64,000 bases of DNA from positions 24,080 to 88,079 of the IMG/VR virus record IMGVR_UViG_2657245717_000001, one strand, 5' to 3'. Positions 27,871 to 37,692 of the stretch are shown piece by piece. Positions within the stretch are counted from its first letter, which is position 1; each line of letters begins with the position of its first letter. The position numbers and the translations under genes are program-made. The stretch comes from a virus. Taxonomy: Duplodnaviria > Caudoviricetes. Below the pieces are notes generated by a model, which saw nothing but the letters and a program-made list of their open reading frames with translations, was not told the DNA's origin and did not search any database.

Positions 27871-29142
27871 GTGACCACCGCCCCGGCCGGCCAGACGCCG
27901 CCCCCACTCCCCACCCTCGGGGACTGGCAGCCCCTGCCCAACCCCGGGGCCACCACCCCCACCAAGCCGACCACCCAGACCCCCGTCAACCCCGCCACCC
28001 CCGACGGCGTTGGCGTCACCGGCTGGATCATCCGCGTCGTCCTCGCCCTCGTCATGACCGCCGCCCTCGGCGTCGGCACCTGGAGCATCTACACCCTCCT
28101 CACCGACACCTTCAACGTCCCCAACGGAATCGCCCTCCTCGGCTGCGGCCTCTTCGACGTCGCCGCCATCCTCTTCGCCCTCCTCTCCCAGCAGTACGCC
28201 ACCACCACCGACAGCGGCCTCGCCCCCCGCCTCGCCATGCTCGCCATGGTCACCACCAGCTCCTGGGTCAACTGGAAGCACGCCGAACTAGAGCAGTGGG
28301 GCACCGTCGGCGGCGTCATCTTCGCCTCCGCACCCGTCATCGCCGAGCTCTCCTTCGAGATGTGGCACCGCTTCGAGCACCGCGAAGCGCTCCGCCGACT
28401 CGGCCGCGTCCCCGAGGCGCTCCCCGTCCTCGGCAAGTGGGCGTGGATCGCTCACCCCCTCCGCGCTCGGAAGACGCTCGACGCTCACATCAAGGCCACG
28501 CTCACCGAGCACGAGGCCATCGCCACAGAGCGCGAATCGGTCAGCGCTCAGCGCGCTCGCATCATCGTCCAGAACGCCGCCCCGGCGCTCACCCGAACCG
28601 ACATGAGCGCCACCAACCCGCCGAGCGTGAGCGCGCGCATCCGCCCGCTCACCTCCCCTGAGCGCCCCGCGCTCGCAACCGGCACCGACGCTCAGAGCGC
28701 GCCCACGCTCACCCAGACGCCCGACGCTCACACCCCGACCGAGCGCCCCGCGCTCACCCCCAGCCCTGAGCGAGCGCCCGACGCTGACGCTCACACCAGC
28801 CCGAGCGCCCCCACTGAGCGCACTCCTGAGCGCCCCACCAACACACGCTCAGAGCGCGCTCAGGCCAAGCCCGCCAAGGCTGAGCGCCCCCAGGCGGGCG
28901 CTCAGAGCGCGCCCAGCCTCGACGAGCGGAAGGCGCTCAAGAAGAAGGAAGACACGCTCACCCTCGCGCTCTACAAGACGCTCAACAGGCGCCCGGAGTG
29001 GACGGACATCCGAGACGCGCTCACGAGCGCCGGACTCCGCACCGTCTCCCGGCCCACCGCTCAGCGCATCCGTGAGCGCGTCGAAGCCGCTCACCCCGAC
29101 CTGCTCAGTGAGCGCCCCGACGCGCTCACCGCGACGAGCTGA
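27871..29142 (+). CDS. Spd-like (DUF2637-type) membrane spread protein with C-terminal HTH-like domain
   Basis: Four hydrophobic segments, Pro/Thr linker, VSRPTAQRIR; in the traB operon. Confidence 0.7.
   Translation: MTTAPAGQTPPPLPTLGDWQPLPNPGATTPTKPTTQTPVNPATPDGVGVTGWIIRVVLALVMTAALGVGTWSIYTLLTDTFNVPNGIALLGCGLFDVAAILFALLSQQYATTTDSGLAPRLAMLAMVTTSSWVNWKHAELEQWGTVGGVIFASAPVIAELSFEMWHRFEHREALRRLGRVPEALPVLGKWAWIAHPLRARKTLDAHIKATLTEHEAIATERESVSAQRARIIVQNAAPALTRTDMSATNPPSVSARIRPLTSPERPALATGTDAQSAPTLTQTPDAHTPTERPALTPSPERAPDADAHTSPSAPTERTPERPTNTRSERAQAKPAKAERPQAGAQSAPSLDERKALKKKEDTLTLALYKTLNRRPEWTDIRDALTSAGLRTVSRPTAQRIRERVEAAHPDLLSERPDALTATS
28478..29130. repeat. dense CGCTCA / TGAGCG (GAGCG) array inside CDS
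   Basis: Roughly 30 copies by eye, both orientations and several reading frames. Confidence 0.75.
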
Positions 29143-29163
29143 CTCACCTAAGGAGACCCGCTC

Positions 29164-29400
29164 ATGACCAACCAGTGGACCGCGAACACCGCCGCCGAAG
29201 CCCTCAACCTCCTCAAGGCCGCCCAGGACCGCATCGAAGCCAGCCTCCTCGCCGCCCACCCCGACCTCCAGCAGCACCAGCTCCACAAGGCAGGCCGCGA
29301 GATCCCCCTCCGCCTCGACATCACCTTCGACATCAGCCACCTCGACCAGCTCGCCAACGACCGCGGCACCTTCAACGCGCAGATCAGGGAGATGCCGTGA
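29164..29400 (+). CDS. hypothetical protein
   Basis: TAAGGAG RBS. Confidence 0.6.
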   Translation: MTNQWTANTAAEALNLLKAAQDRIEASLLAAHPDLQQHQLHKAGREIPLRLDITFDISHLDQLANDRGTFNAQIREMP

Positions 29401-29642
29401 CCACCAGCCTCGCTTCGGCCGCCTCCCCCACCACGGGGGCGGCCCCCGCCCCGGCCAGCCCGCAGCCCACCGTCGACCCCGAGCTTGCGGAGATCGCCGA
29501 CGAGCTGTGGGCCGCCATCTGCCACATCGAATCCCTCAACCCGTACACCACACACAGTCACCACTCCGACGGCAACACCAACGCCAACACCAATCCCAAT
29601 CCGGCGCCCCACACCCCGATCCCCGCCCCCAACCACCCCTGA
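29397..29642 (+). CDS. hypothetical protein
   Basis: GTGA coupling. Confidence 0.45.
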   Translation: MTTSLASAASPTTGAAPAPASPQPTVDPELAEIADELWAAICHIESLNPYTTHSHHSDGNTNANTNPNPAPHTPIPAPNHP

Positions 29643-29743
29643 ACAGGCAAAACAGAGCCGGTTGGTCTTGGGATTGGCCTTCCAGTTGGCATCCCGGCCA
29701 TCACCATCCGTAACCGCCATCAAGCCCGCGAGGAGCCCCCGAC

Positions 29744-31753
29744 GTGAGCACCAGCCTCAACCTGGCGCCCGGCCAGACACCGCCCGGTGCCGCGCCCCAA
29801 CCCCCCACCACCCAGCCCCCGACCCAGAACCCCACACCGAAGAAGACCAAGACCCCCGACCCCAGCACGGACCCCCACGGCACCGTCGGCGGCGTCATCA
29901 TCCCCGGCGCGGCCCTCTCCAGCTTCATCGGCCTGTGCTGGCTCATCCACCAGTACGGCCTGCCCGCCGTCCTCCTCGGCGTCGTCGCCTGCGCGGTCGC
30001 CGCGACGGGCGCGCTCATCCTCCGGGCCAGCCGGTCGAGGAAGCGCAGCCCGCTCCGCCCCGGCGGCTTCTTCCGCTCCGGCGGCGGTGGCGGTGGGCCG
30101 GGTCCGCGGGCGCCGAAGCTTCCGCGGTCGGGTGGCCGGCAGCGGTCGACGCTCGGGTCGCTGGGTGCCTCGAACCGTGCCGCGGGCCGGAACGCTCCTC
30201 GCTCCTCCGGCGCCGGCCGTACCGGGGGGACCCTCGGTGGCGGGGGTCGCGGTGCCGGGAACCGCAGCGGCAGCCTCGGCAGTCTCGGCGGCGGTACGCG
30301 GAAGCCGACCGGTCCCTTTTCGCAGAAGACGTCGGGCAGCCTCGGCAAGACCAACCAGCCCCGCACCAACACTCCGAACCTCAACAAGCGGTTGTCCGGC
30401 AGCATCCTCGCCCCGCACCGCACCCCGACCACCAACACCGGATCAGGTGGCGGTGCGGGCAAGACCGGGCGCGGCAGCGGCAAGCACCGGAAGCACTCCA
30501 ACACCGGCCACGGCACCGGGCGGGGCGGGCTTCTCTCCCGCATCCACGACCGCCGCACCGCTCCCCTGAAGAACCCCAAGGGACCGAAGGGACCGAAGCT
30601 CCCCAAGAACAACAGTGCGGGCAACGGCGGCACCCTCAGCCCCCATAAGCCCGGCAAGCAGCCGTACAAGAACAAGCCGATCCACACCCCGACCCGGCCC
30701 CTCACCAAGAAGGCCGCCGCCCTCGCCCGAGCCATGGCCCGCGCCGCCAAGCGCAACAACCGCACCCGCCCCCGCCGCACCAAGCCCAACCACCTCAAGG
30801 CCACCCCGAAAACCCCCGCCCACCTCCGCGGCGCCAAGGCCCGCCGCTACGCCCGCGCCGTCCGCCGCGCCACCGCCCCCCGCCGGCTCCGCGCCCGAGC
30901 CCTCCACCACGCCCGCCGCGGCACCTACCTCGTCGGCGTCAAGGCCCGCAAGCACCTCCCCTACAAGCTCAAGCGCCGTCTCCGCCACGCCAACAAGCTC
31001 CGACGCGCCATCACCCGCCGAGCCGGCCGCCTCATCTCCAAGCCACTCGCCCACGCCTACCGCACCGGCGCCCGATGGTTCCTCAAGGCCCACCTGCGGC
31101 TCGGTACCCGCCGCTACACCGCCGCCGGACCGAACTGGATGCGGCCCCTTACCCGCCTCCTTCACGTCGTCACCAGCCCCGCCGCCCGCCTTGTTTCGGC
31201 GACCGGCTCCTGGACGTGGCTCAACAAGTGGATCTACCGGCACACCACGCCCGGCGCCCTCAACCGCGTCAACCCCCACCCGCAGCAGCCCGCACCCTCC
31301 CCGGCCGGGCCCACCGCACCGACCGTCCCCACCCAGCGGAACACGATCACACCCCCGCACCTCTCGGAAGGAACCATTCTCATGGCGCAGGCCGCGCAGC
31401 CCCTGGAGCAGGCCGTCGAAGCCGTCCTCAACGCCGGGACGCAGCTCCTCACCAACCCCGCCGACAACATGCTCGGCTACGAGGCTGTTCTCGCCCGACT
31501 CGGCGAAGTGCAGAACGCCATCAGCCAAGTCCTCGCGCAGGCCGCCGAGACCACCCGGGAGAACTTCAAGGTCAACCCGGCCGTCGCGGACGCCTACAAC
31601 GACTCCGCGACCTTCGCCGCTTCCCTCGGCGACCGCCTCAATGAGATCCCGGCCCTGTACCGCAACCTCCACGCCGAGCAGATCGACAACATCGAGAACC
31701 CCACGGTCCAGGCCCGCAAGTGGGACATCGCCTCCAACGAGCACGGCGCCTGA
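29744..31753 (+). CDS. transfer-associated membrane protein with long basic region and helical C-terminal domain
   Basis: Two TM segments, Gly/Arg/Lys-rich linker, directly upstream of traB. Confidence 0.65.
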   Translation: MSTSLNLAPGQTPPGAAPQPPTTQPPTQNPTPKKTKTPDPSTDPHGTVGGVIIPGAALSSFIGLCWLIHQYGLPAVLLGVVACAVAATGALILRASRSRKRSPLRPGGFFRSGGGGGGPGPRAPKLPRSGGRQRSTLGSLGASNRAAGRNAPRSSGAGRTGGTLGGGGRGAGNRSGSLGSLGGGTRKPTGPFSQKTSGSLGKTNQPRTNTPNLNKRLSGSILAPHRTPTTNTGSGGGAGKTGRGSGKHRKHSNTGHGTGRGGLLSRIHDRRTAPLKNPKGPKGPKLPKNNSAGNGGTLSPHKPGKQPYKNKPIHTPTRPLTKKAAALARAMARAAKRNNRTRPRRTKPNHLKATPKTPAHLRGAKARRYARAVRRATAPRRLRARALHHARRGTYLVGVKARKHLPYKLKRRLRHANKLRRAITRRAGRLISKPLAHAYRTGARWFLKAHLRLGTRRYTAAGPNWMRPLTRLLHVVTSPAARLVSATGSWTWLNKWIYRHTTPGALNRVNPHPQQPAPSPAGPTAPTVPTQRNTITPPHLSEGTILMAQAAQPLEQAVEAVLNAGTQLLTNPADNMLGYEAVLARLGEVQNAISQVLAQAAETTRENFKVNPAVADAYNDSATFAASLGDRLNEIPALYRNLHAEQIDNIENPTVQARKWDIASNEHGA

Positions 31754-31763
31754 CACACCCCCA

Positions 31764-31827
31764 GCCCTGGCCCCACCCCACGTGCGGGGCCGTGACGGCG
31801 CCGGATCGAAACCGGCCCAGGGCACCA
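31764..31827 (+). ncRNA. tRNA-like intergenic element ending in ACCA
   Basis: GCCCTGG/CCAGGGC-ACCA, GCCGG-ATCGAAA-CCGGC, CCGTGACGG. Confidence 0.55.
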
Positions 31828-31880
31828 GCACCACCCCCAATACCCGCCACCCATAACCCGCCCGACAGGAGACCCCGACC

Positions 31881-34019
31881 GTGCTCACCCGGCCCCGCAA
31901 CCACGAGCCCATCCCCTGGCGCCACGGAGTCATCACCACCCCCCTCTACACCGCCGCCACCATCTACGCCGGCGGCACCACCCTCGGCGTCGCCACCGAC
32001 CTCGGCGCCACCCTCCCCACCGGCTGGATGATGCTCGGCTCCGCCGCCGGCGTCGCCACCGCCGCCGTCTCCCGCTGGGTCCGCACCGCCCACACCAACG
32101 GCATCCCCAACACCAAGCCCCGCCGCTGGTACCACACCGCGTTCACCACCACCTGGACCACCGCCACCTACGCCTGGCTCACCTGGACCGCCCACGACAC
32201 CCCCTGGACCCTCGCGTCCGCCGCGACCGTCGCCCTCGGCGCCGCCGCGTTCACCCCCCTGTACGCCATCGACCGCAGCCTCCGCTCCGACGTCATCGCC
32301 GCCCAGTGGGCCGCCGAAGCCGCCGCCGACGCACCCGCCGACAAGAGCGAGTGGGAGCAGCTTTTCGAAGCGGTCGGTGCCCGCGGCGTTCAGGTCGGCG
32401 AACCCACTCAGACCCGAGGCGGCTACTCCCTGCCCATCACCCTCACCCAGTCCCCCTACGAGGCTGTCGTCCAGCTCCTCAAGTCCGTCGAAACCCGCAA
32501 GGGCGACCTCCGGCCCGGCTCCCTCGACCTGCGCCGCGACATCAACCACGCCGCATCCCAGGCCACCCTCCACGTCACCACCCGCAACGTCCTCGCCGAG
32601 TCCATCGACCTGCCCGCCGACGACCACCCCCTCACCATCAACGAACCCCTCACCCTCGGCGTCCTCGAATCCGGCGACCCCTGGGAGATCAAGTTCCGGC
32701 AGAACAGCGTGTTCATCGCCGGGAAGAAGGGCTCCGGCAAGTCCGTCCTCCTCCACGTCATCATCAGCGTCGTCACCCGCTGCACCGACGCCGTCATCTG
32801 GATGATCGACATGGCCGAAGGGAACACCGCCAAGCGGTGGCTTCGCCCCTGGGCCCAGCAGTGGAAGGACCGCAACGGCCAGACCATCGACCGGCCCATC
32901 CTCGACTGGGTCGCCACCACCCCCGACGAAGCCGTCCGCCTCCTCCAGGCCTCCGTCGCCGTCGCCGACGGACGCGCCCGCCGCATGCCCGGCGGGAAGA
33001 TCCGCCCCAAGACGACCATCCCGGCTCTCATCGTCATCACCGACGAGAACCCCGAACTCATGTCCCGCGTCCCCGACGCGATCGTCGCCAAGCAGCGCGG
33101 CATCAAGAAGGGCCGCAAGGCCGCCGTCGACTACATCGACGCAGCCCAGCGCGGCACCGGCCCCAACACCGGCGGCGGCGAAGTCATGTCCCAGTACGAC
33201 ACCGTCATCGGCGGACGCTTCCCCAAGCGGCAGGAGGGCCAGTTCGTCTTCCCCGACCACTACCAGACCGTCGACCTGTCCAAGCTCCCCGGCAACGGCG
33301 CCTTCTACATCCTCGACGAAGACCGCTCCAAGGGCGCCGGCCCCGAGAAGACCAAGGGCTACTTCGCCTACGACGACGACGAGTACCCCGACGGCCGCGA
33401 AGCCACCGTCATCGAAGACCTCGCCGCCGCCCGCTGGACCATCCGCCCCGACCTCGACACCGCCTCCCAGCAGGACGCCGAACCCTACGGCTACTCCACC
33501 CGCTGGAACCCCGACCGCATCGACTGGCTCATCGACGCCCTCAACCTGCCCATGCCCGCCGGCGCCAGGCCCCGCCCGCAGCCCTCCGGGCCCGCCAAGC
33601 GCACCACCGGCGGCCCCATGCCGACCCTGCCGTCCATCAACGACTACATCCAGCGCGGCCAGCAGTACAAGCAGCAGTCCCAGCCGGGCCCCGCCCCCGA
33701 GCCGGCCGTTGAGGACGCCGACGTCGAGCGGCTCTTCACCGAGCTGGAGGAGTACACCCGGCAGGCCGCCGTGAACCTCACCAAGCCGCAGCCGTCCGCC
33801 GACAAGCGCCACCCCCGCCGCGACGAGGTCACCGACTGGGTTCGTGACGCCGGGCAGGACGGCATCACCGTCGCCGAAGTCCGCGCCCGCCTCGCCCAGC
33901 GCTACCCCGGCGAGAAGCCCCCGTCGGACACCGCCGTCCAGAACTGGTTCACGGCGCACCCGAACATCACCAAGCCCGGCCGCGGCACCTACGTGTGGAC
34001 CGAAACCCCCGACGCCTGA
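31881..34019 (+). CDS. traB: TraB-like FtsK/SpoIIIE conjugative DNA translocase
   Basis: N-terminal TM segments, Walker A GKKGSGKS, IWMID, Walker B LIVITDE, AAQR, C-terminal wHTH. Confidence 0.85.
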   Translation: MLTRPRNHEPIPWRHGVITTPLYTAATIYAGGTTLGVATDLGATLPTGWMMLGSAAGVATAAVSRWVRTAHTNGIPNTKPRRWYHTAFTTTWTTATYAWLTWTAHDTPWTLASAATVALGAAAFTPLYAIDRSLRSDVIAAQWAAEAAADAPADKSEWEQLFEAVGARGVQVGEPTQTRGGYSLPITLTQSPYEAVVQLLKSVETRKGDLRPGSLDLRRDINHAASQATLHVTTRNVLAESIDLPADDHPLTINEPLTLGVLESGDPWEIKFRQNSVFIAGKKGSGKSVLLHVIISVVTRCTDAVIWMIDMAEGNTAKRWLRPWAQQWKDRNGQTIDRPILDWVATTPDEAVRLLQASVAVADGRARRMPGGKIRPKTTIPALIVITDENPELMSRVPDAIVAKQRGIKKGRKAAVDYIDAAQRGTGPNTGGGEVMSQYDTVIGGRFPKRQEGQFVFPDHYQTVDLSKLPGNGAFYILDEDRSKGAGPEKTKGYFAYDDDEYPDGREATVIEDLAAARWTIRPDLDTASQQDAEPYGYSTRWNPDRIDWLIDALNLPMPAGARPRPQPSGPAKRTTGGPMPTLPSINDYIQRGQQYKQQSQPGPAPEPAVEDADVERLFTELEEYTRQAAVNLTKPQPSADKRHPRRDEVTDWVRDAGQDGITVAEVRARLAQRYPGEKPPSDTAVQNWFTAHPNITKPGRGTYVWTETPDA

Positions 34020-34073
34020 CCGCCCCAGGGGGCCGCCAGCCCAGGCGGCCCCCTCTGACATCCGGAAGCCCCG

Positions 34074-34673
34074 ATGACCAGCAGCCTCCTCGCCCGCCGC
34101 CGGGCCCGCCGCGTGTGGCGGCAGGCCACCACCCTCACCCACCTCGCCCACCTCACCGCCGACTGGCTCGACGGCACCCTCCCCGCCCACATCACCTACG
34201 GACCCAACCCCGACCCCGAAACCACCGGCATCACCCGCACCCTCGCCACCGTCAACCGCGCCGGCTACCTCACCACCTCCTCACAGCCCGGCCACCCCCC
34301 GACCGTCGGTCACGACGGCTCCGTGTACGAGCAGCGCGCCGCCATCACCGGCCACATCGCCGACCCGACGCTCCTCCACCGCCTCATCGACACGGTCGAA
34401 CGCGCCGGCCTGACCGTCATCACCCACACCGCGGACATCTCGACCGGCCCCGACTGGATGATCGCCACCCGGCAGGACGGGCAGCCCACGGCAGCGTTCG
34501 GTGAGTACGTCACCCCCGTGCAGCTCCGCGCGGACTGGCGCGGCATCAGCGACCAGGCCCACGCTGCGGTCGCCGCCGCCGTGCAGGTCACTGTCGTCGA
34601 CCCCGTGTGGGGCCGCAACGACCGGTTCTGGCCCGCCCTCGCACACCTCACCGCCGCACCCGCCACCACCTGA
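34074..34673 (+). CDS. hypothetical protein
   Basis: ADWLDG...DPET...NRAGYLTTSSQPG...QRAAITG...DPVWGR. Confidence 0.7.
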   Translation: MTSSLLARRRARRVWRQATTLTHLAHLTADWLDGTLPAHITYGPNPDPETTGITRTLATVNRAGYLTTSSQPGHPPTVGHDGSVYEQRAAITGHIADPTLLHRLIDTVERAGLTVITHTADISTGPDWMIATRQDGQPTAAFGEYVTPVQLRADWRGISDQAHAAVAAAVQVTVVDPVWGRNDRFWPALAHLTAAPATT

Positions 34674-34721
34674 CCGCTCACCGCCCCCGACGAAGGGAGG
34701 CCCACCAACCCGGAGACCCCG

Positions 34722-35350
34722 ATGCCCGCAACGCTCCTCACCCCCGACCAGCTTGACCAGCAGGCCGCCGCCATCTACGACACCGCGGCGTGGCAGCAGA
34801 TCGTCTCCGGCTGGACCCTCACCGCCGCCGAACCCGCGCCCCGCACCACCGACCGGGCCGGCGAGCAGACCACGGTGGGGGACTGGCGGGACCTCCTCAA
34901 CGGCACCGTAGACGACCTCATCGCCACCGCCACCACAACCCTCCCCCGGCCGCACCCGCCGAACGGCCCCTCCCCGGCAGGCTCGGCGCGATCCTCCCCG
35001 ACCGGCTCCACGCCTGGCGACGCATCGGCCAGCCCGACATCCGGCCCAGCGTCCAGCTCGCCTACGCCCGCCGCCTGCTCGTGGAGTGGGGCTGGCAGAA
35101 CCGCCCCTACCGGCTCCGCGACGGCTGGGGTGCCCGCTGCCTGTGCGGGGCACTGCTGTCCGCCCACCGCCTCGGCTACGGCAGCCTCGACACCGCGAAC
35201 CGGTCCGCGGCATGGCTGATGACGGGGCTGCGACATGAGGGGTGGGCGGGCCTGATCGGCGAGTGGAACCGGGCACCGGGCCGCACGGCGGAGCAGGCCC
35301 TCGCCCTGGTCGACACGGTCACGGCACAGGCGGCGCAGGCTGGGGAGTAA
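34722..35350 (+). CDS. hypothetical protein (apparent 1-nt frameshift at C-run 34943-34947)
   Basis: Adding one C joins MPATLL... to ...EWGWQ...RCLCGAL...WNRAPGRT. Confidence 0.55.
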
Positions 35351-35362
35351 ACACACACGAAG

Positions 35363-35391
35363 AAGGCCCGGACCAACCTGGTCCGGGCCTT
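35363..35391. terminator. bidirectional terminator
   Basis: AAGGCCCGGACCA-ACC-TGGTCCGGGCCTT between convergent genes. Confidence 0.75.
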
Positions 35392-35404
35392 ACTCATGCC
35401 GCCA

Positions 35405-36406
35405 TCACCGCCGCAGCACCGACACCAACTTGGTCGGGTCCAGCACCGGCGCACCGTCCGGGCCCTTCATGTGCTGGTCGATCCAGATCGGACGGTTCGC
35501 CTTACGGCTCGGGTAGTAGTGGTTCCGCCAATGTCCCCGCACCAGCCAACGATGCCGGTACGACTTCCCCGCCCCCTCGCCGGCGCCACGCTCCTCAGCG
35601 TGGACCGAACGATGCCGCAACTGCACGTACCGCGTCGCGGCCAGCAAAGCGGGATCGATCCGTGCGATGCGCTTCGCCGCGGACCGAGGGGTTTCCACCC
35701 GGTCTTCCCGTACCAAGGTCTGCCCCATCAGCAGCCACGTCACCAGCAGAGCCCGCTCAGCCTGCTCCGCCCTCCCAGCCGCCCGCGACAGGCTCTCCAT
35801 CTCAGCCAGCGAGCGGGCCGACGTGTCCTCCGGAGCCGCCGACAACCACCCCGGGACCCGGCCGAACGGCAGGTACCCCGCTCCCAGGCACACCAGCTCC
35901 GGAGGGTTGCTCGCGCGTCGCTGCCGCACCTCGTCACGCGAGAGAGCAGGCAGGCCCGACAGCGGGTTGCCCTTTGCGAGGTCAGTGAGCCAGTCCTCAC
36001 GGTGACACCACAGCCGGTACTGGACCCGGCCCTCATGCTCCGCCCAGCTCACCGCGACAACCGGGGAGCCGACCACATCACCGTCGAACCGGTCCGTGAC
36101 AGGCACCTCCCACACCAGCAGACCTCGCGGCGCCGGCACGTCCTCCGGGTGCAGCCGGTACGACGGCAGCGCCACTCCCGCAGCGACCGCCATCCGCGTC
36201 ATGTCAGCACTCGCGAAGAACAGGTCCGCCGAAGGCAGCACGTCCGCCCACGTCCCCGCAGCCAGCCACTCCGGCCGAGCCTCCTCCGGCGGAAGGCCAG
36301 CGGCCCAAGCGGACGGCCCGCCCAGCGGCCCCGGATCGCGGAGCCACTGGACCAGGTCGGCGCGGAGGCCCGGCAGGTCCCGGGCCGTCAGCGTCGTCGT
36401 CCCCAC
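35405..36406 (-). CDS. conserved hypothetical protein
   Basis: C-terminal RHRWLVRGHWRNHYYPS...WIDQHMKGP motif. Confidence 0.7.
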   Translation of the reverse strand: MGTTTLTARDLPGLRADLVQWLRDPGPLGGPSAWAAGLPPEEARPEWLAAGTWADVLPSADLFFASADMTRMAVAAGVALPSYRLHPEDVPAPRGLLVWEVPVTDRFDGDVVGSPVVAVSWAEHEGRVQYRLWCHREDWLTDLAKGNPLSGLPALSRDEVRQRRASNPPELVCLGAGYLPFGRVPGWLSAAPEDTSARSLAEMESLSRAAGRAEQAERALLVTWLLMGQTLVREDRVETPRSAAKRIARIDPALLAATRYVQLRHRSVHAEERGAGEGAGKSYRHRWLVRGHWRNHYYPSRKANRPIWIDQHMKGPDGAPVLDPTKLVSVLRR

Positions 36407-36416
36407 AAGAGCCCCC

Positions 36417-36983
36417 TCAGACGGACGCGCGGTCGGTGCGGGCCCCAGCGCCAGGCCGGGACTTGAGCGCGGCCCGCGCCTGCTCCGCCAGGTACACAGC
36501 CCGCGGCTGCGCCCAGCCGTCAAGCTGCACCCGCGCCAGCGGTTCGACCTTCAGCCGCTGCATCGCCCTCGATGCGGCCTTCGCCGGCTCCTTCGCCTTC
36601 GACCCCATCTCCCGGGCGATGTCGTCCAGCGTCAGCACGTCGAACCGGTCGCAGATCTGCCCCAGGTCGATGCCCTCAAGGCACGCCTTCAGATCCACGT
36701 CGCCGTCCTCGGTGGTGGGGTAGCCGTCAAACTCCCCCTCCTCGATCTCGTACGGGCCGAGGAACTCGTCACCCGCGAGCGACACCCCGGCCGGCAGCGC
36801 CTCGTTGATCGCGTCGCGGTACGCCTTGCAGATCAGGTCATACGCGCCGGACTTCTCCATCAGCTCGCACCAGTCGCTGTCGCCTCCGCTCAGGTAGTCG
36901 GCGACGTCCGCGTCGGGGCTGGTCGAGTAGGCGCTGACCTTGCTCCAGTTGCCCCAGGACGTGTACGGGCGGTTCGTGGTCAT
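36417..36983 (-). CDS. acidic domain fused to HTH-like domain
   Basis: Paralogous to 38509-38835; LTLDDIAREMG...RPGAGARTD tail. Confidence 0.75.
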   Translation of the reverse strand: MTTNRPYTSWGNWSKVSAYSTSPDADVADYLSGGDSDWCELMEKSGAYDLICKAYRDAINEALPAGVSLAGDEFLGPYEIEEGEFDGYPTTEDGDVDLKACLEGIDLGQICDRFDVLTLDDIAREMGSKAKEPAKAASRAMQRLKVEPLARVQLDGWAQPRAVYLAEQARAALKSRPGAGARTDRASV

Positions 36984-37016
36984 GTCAGTTCTCCTTGGGT
37001 GTTGAGGGTGTGAGGT

Positions 37017-37559
37017 TCAGAGGGCGGCGATGTCGGACTTGATGCCGGCGAAGACCCGGGCGACGAGGTCGAAGCGCTCACGCTCGCCGGACAGGAAGCG
37101 GATCTCGTACTCGCGGGCGCCGGAGTGCTGGGCGTAGAGGCGTCCGTCGGTGACGTCGTAGTAGACCTTGCTGACCGCGCAGGCGATGCCAGCCGCACGC
37201 CCGTTGGCGATGCCGCGTCCGTCGAAGGAGGCGGAGGAGACGTTGCCGGACTTGTAGGCGGTGGTCTCCAGGCCGAGGTGCTGGTGGAAGTCGTTGAGGT
37301 AGATGCGGTCCATGCCGTTCTTCTGCCAGCGGCGCCCGCCGATGGCGAGCATCGTCTCGACGGAGAGGGTGGGGGTCTTGCGGGTGCGGCGGGCCTTGAG
37401 GGCGCCGATGGTGAGGCGGTGGGCGAGGGAGGCGGTGTCGATGACCCAGCGGCCGGCGTTCTTGGTGGCGGTGACCACGCCTCGGCGGCACCAGGCGCGG
37501 ATGGTGGCGACGGTGACGTTGGCCTGGGTGGCGGCTGCGGTGGTGGTGATGGTGGTCAT
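37017..37559 (-). CDS. HTH_17/MerR-like N-terminal domain fusion protein
   Basis: ITTTAAATQANVTVATIRAWCRRGVVTATKNAGRWVID. Confidence 0.75.
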   Translation of the reverse strand: MTTITTTAAATQANVTVATIRAWCRRGVVTATKNAGRWVIDTASLAHRLTIGALKARRTRKTPTLSVETMLAIGGRRWQKNGMDRIYLNDFHQHLGLETTAYKSGNVSSASFDGRGIANGRAAGIACAVSKVYYDVTDGRLYAQHSGAREYEIRFLSGERERFDLVARVFAGIKSDIAAL

Positions 37560-37585
37560 CGGGTCCCCCTCGGTGTCGATGACAT

Positions 37586-37616
37586 AACCTTGCCGTAGGT
37601 ACGGCGAGGTTGTCAA
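37586..37616 (-). promoter_or_regulatory. housekeeping-type promoter with overlapping inverted repeat
   Basis: TTGACA-N18-CAAGGT; AACCTTGCCGTA-GG-TACGGCGAGGTT. Confidence 0.65.
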
Positions 37617-37692
37617 GCGGTAGACCTAAACGGCCTCCGAAACGGGTGGCGTAGCTACCTACGCCTTCGTCCGCCAGCCACGCTTCAGGCGC

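Noticed and set aside
34020-34073. clt locus downstream of traB
   Set aside because: No 8-bp direct repeat series visible, only a short GC hairpin
31638-34190. Long antisense ORFs (850 aa here; also 42894-44807, 52618-54618, 4910-7156)
   Set aside because: Shadow frames of high-GC genes: low-complexity translations lying opposite well-supported CDSs
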